From positions 26,796 to 90,795 of the IMG/VR virus record IMGVR_UViG_3300002026_000029: a stretch of 64,000 bases of DNA. The stretch is one strand, 5' to 3'. Numbering within the stretch: the first letter of the stretch is position 1; each line of letters starts with the position of its first letter. This document shows positions 63,801 through 64,000 of the stretch, piece by piece. Under the pieces are notes generated by a model that worked only from the letters and a program-made list of their open reading frames with translations, made no database searches and was not told where the DNA came from. Source of the DNA: a virus. The position numbers were made by a program, and so were the translations under genes.

Positions 63801-64000
63801 TTTACTAAGTTAGCTAATCCTGCAACTTTACCTACTAGTACTATGGTTGGCGTAGCCTTTAGTGCTGATGGTGTTTACATGAGTTGTGGTCATACTACAA
63901 CTCCATTCATTACAATATACAAAAGAGCAGGAGATGTGTTTACTAAGCTAGCTAATCCTGCAACATTACCTACTGGTGCTGTGTATGGAGTAGCCTTTAG
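60882..64000 (+). CDS. Large tail fibre / receptor-binding protein, runs off the window (not in ORF track)
   Basis: GGAG RBS plus ATG at 60882; frame open to the end; collagen repeats ~61230-61490, SP.LTGTPTAPT module, Fn3-like domains, 46-aa propeller repeats. Confidence 0.85.
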   Translation, partial: MDTISYSIAAKALKELASKADINGNGIVIPKGATVERPILGVNDYVLRYNTDESGLEEWNGVAWNNISGNITAINMKGTDTEANILAMVGMGTEDLWIASDTLYGFVYDGSMWINIGPIQGPQGLQGLQGIQGVQGIQGDTGIQGIQGIKGDTGIQGDTGVQGDTGIQGIQGVQGIQGETGIQGIKGDTGNTGDTGTNGIDGAKITGVSTSKAGKDTTVTVSGDFVGAPSVFHILDGSDGTGDMLKATYDTTNNGVVDNSEKLQGFVVGTGSNNIVQLDATGKLPAVDGSQLTGVSSVGSIDDLTDVNTTTVTPTSGDVLVWNGIGWVPGDKQASPTFTGTVVLPSTTSIGTITNTELSYLDGVTSAIQTQFTGKAPIDSPELTGTPTAPTATAGTNTTQVATTAFVIANTTTPTITTPTITAPTTGAMDFNGVITTSVFATSTTYAGVHDFTHWQVSYTADFAINQVESTAGNLTSWSPSVGVPLQLCYVRVQHGSDGHRSSWSPPISFTTSDIVINTPTLTVDGTPTSVHENPVLTTGAFSVANSGVTTHASTDWTITRDSDSVVVWSSLANTVDLLTITVPAGFLAVSTAYTFKARHTGAAYGSSAYVSVAGTTLATFSYENYLAVGHDTSPYVTIYGNSVDTSTKLANPATLPTGTSYYKGVAFSADGVYMSVSHATAPYITIYKRAGDVFTKLANPATLPASTGYGVALSFTKLANPATLPANTGYGVAFSADGVYMSVAHETTPYITIYKRAGDVFTKLANPATLPTSTMVGVAFSADGVYMSCGHTTTPFVTIYKRAGDVFTKLANPATLPTGAVYGVAFRYKRAGDVFTKLANPATLPTGTGIGVAFSADGVYMSVAHSTTPFITIYKRTGDVFTKLANPATLPTSTGRGVAFSADGVYMSVAHSTTPYITIYKRAGDVFTKLADPATLPTSTGLGVAFSADGVYMSVAHVITPFITIYKRAGDVFTKLANPATLPTSTMVGVAFSADGVYMSCGHTTTPFITIYKRAGDVFTKLANPATLPTGAVYGVAF
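62823..64000 (+). repeat. 138-bp (46-aa) tandem beta-propeller repeats TKLANPATLP...GVAFSADGVYMSVAH..TPYITIYKRAGDVF
   Basis: Unit starts at 62823, 62967, 63030, 63168, 63306, 63390, 63528, 63666, 63804, 63942; two units truncated in frame (63 and 84 bp). Confidence 0.9.

Noticed and set aside
1-64000. Genome-wide stop-codon reassignment
   Set aside because: Long genes translate cleanly in code 11, and TAA, TAG and TGA all terminate conserved proteins at the expected places.

Overview
This is a ~64 kb stretch of an AT-rich lytic phage genome of the N4-like (Schitoviridae-type) lineage. All protein assignments come from motifs I recognise; no database search was run. The window opens in the C-terminus of the giant virion RNA polymerase (+). 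Then 1.0-50 kb is almost all minus-strand early/middle genes: a UvrD-like helicase, PhoH, a ClpP-like protease, DNA ligase, nrdAB, an RNA ligase, SSB, an AAA_24 ATPase, a PD-(D/E)XK nuclease, a resolvase, primase, family A DNA polymerase, an AAA+/vWA pair, ThyX, three metallophosphoesterases, T7-type RNA polymerase II and many small accessory ORFs. A divergent intergenic region at ~50.1-50.6 kb probably holds the genome end. After it come plus-strand late genes: a gp69-like protein, the large terminase and tail/fibre proteins ending in 138-bp propeller repeats. Accessory gene motifs suggest a Campylobacterota host (inference). Most notable: (i) three core enzymes are split at non-canonical points, each part with its own start. 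RNAP II is in three pieces with added zipper-like ends, the DNA polymerase halves lie ~7 kb apart, and the N4-type primase is in two genes. (ii) Five otherwise unrelated ORFs in and beside the polymerase gap share an N-terminal MTxFEYxI leader. (iii) Two large, pseudoknot-rich non-coding RNA candidates lie upstream of an array of degenerate tRNAs. (iv) A tRNA with a UUA (stop-suppressor) anticodon lies near a late gene interrupted by an in-frame TAG. (v) Two Lcl/DUF1566 domains appear circularly permuted.
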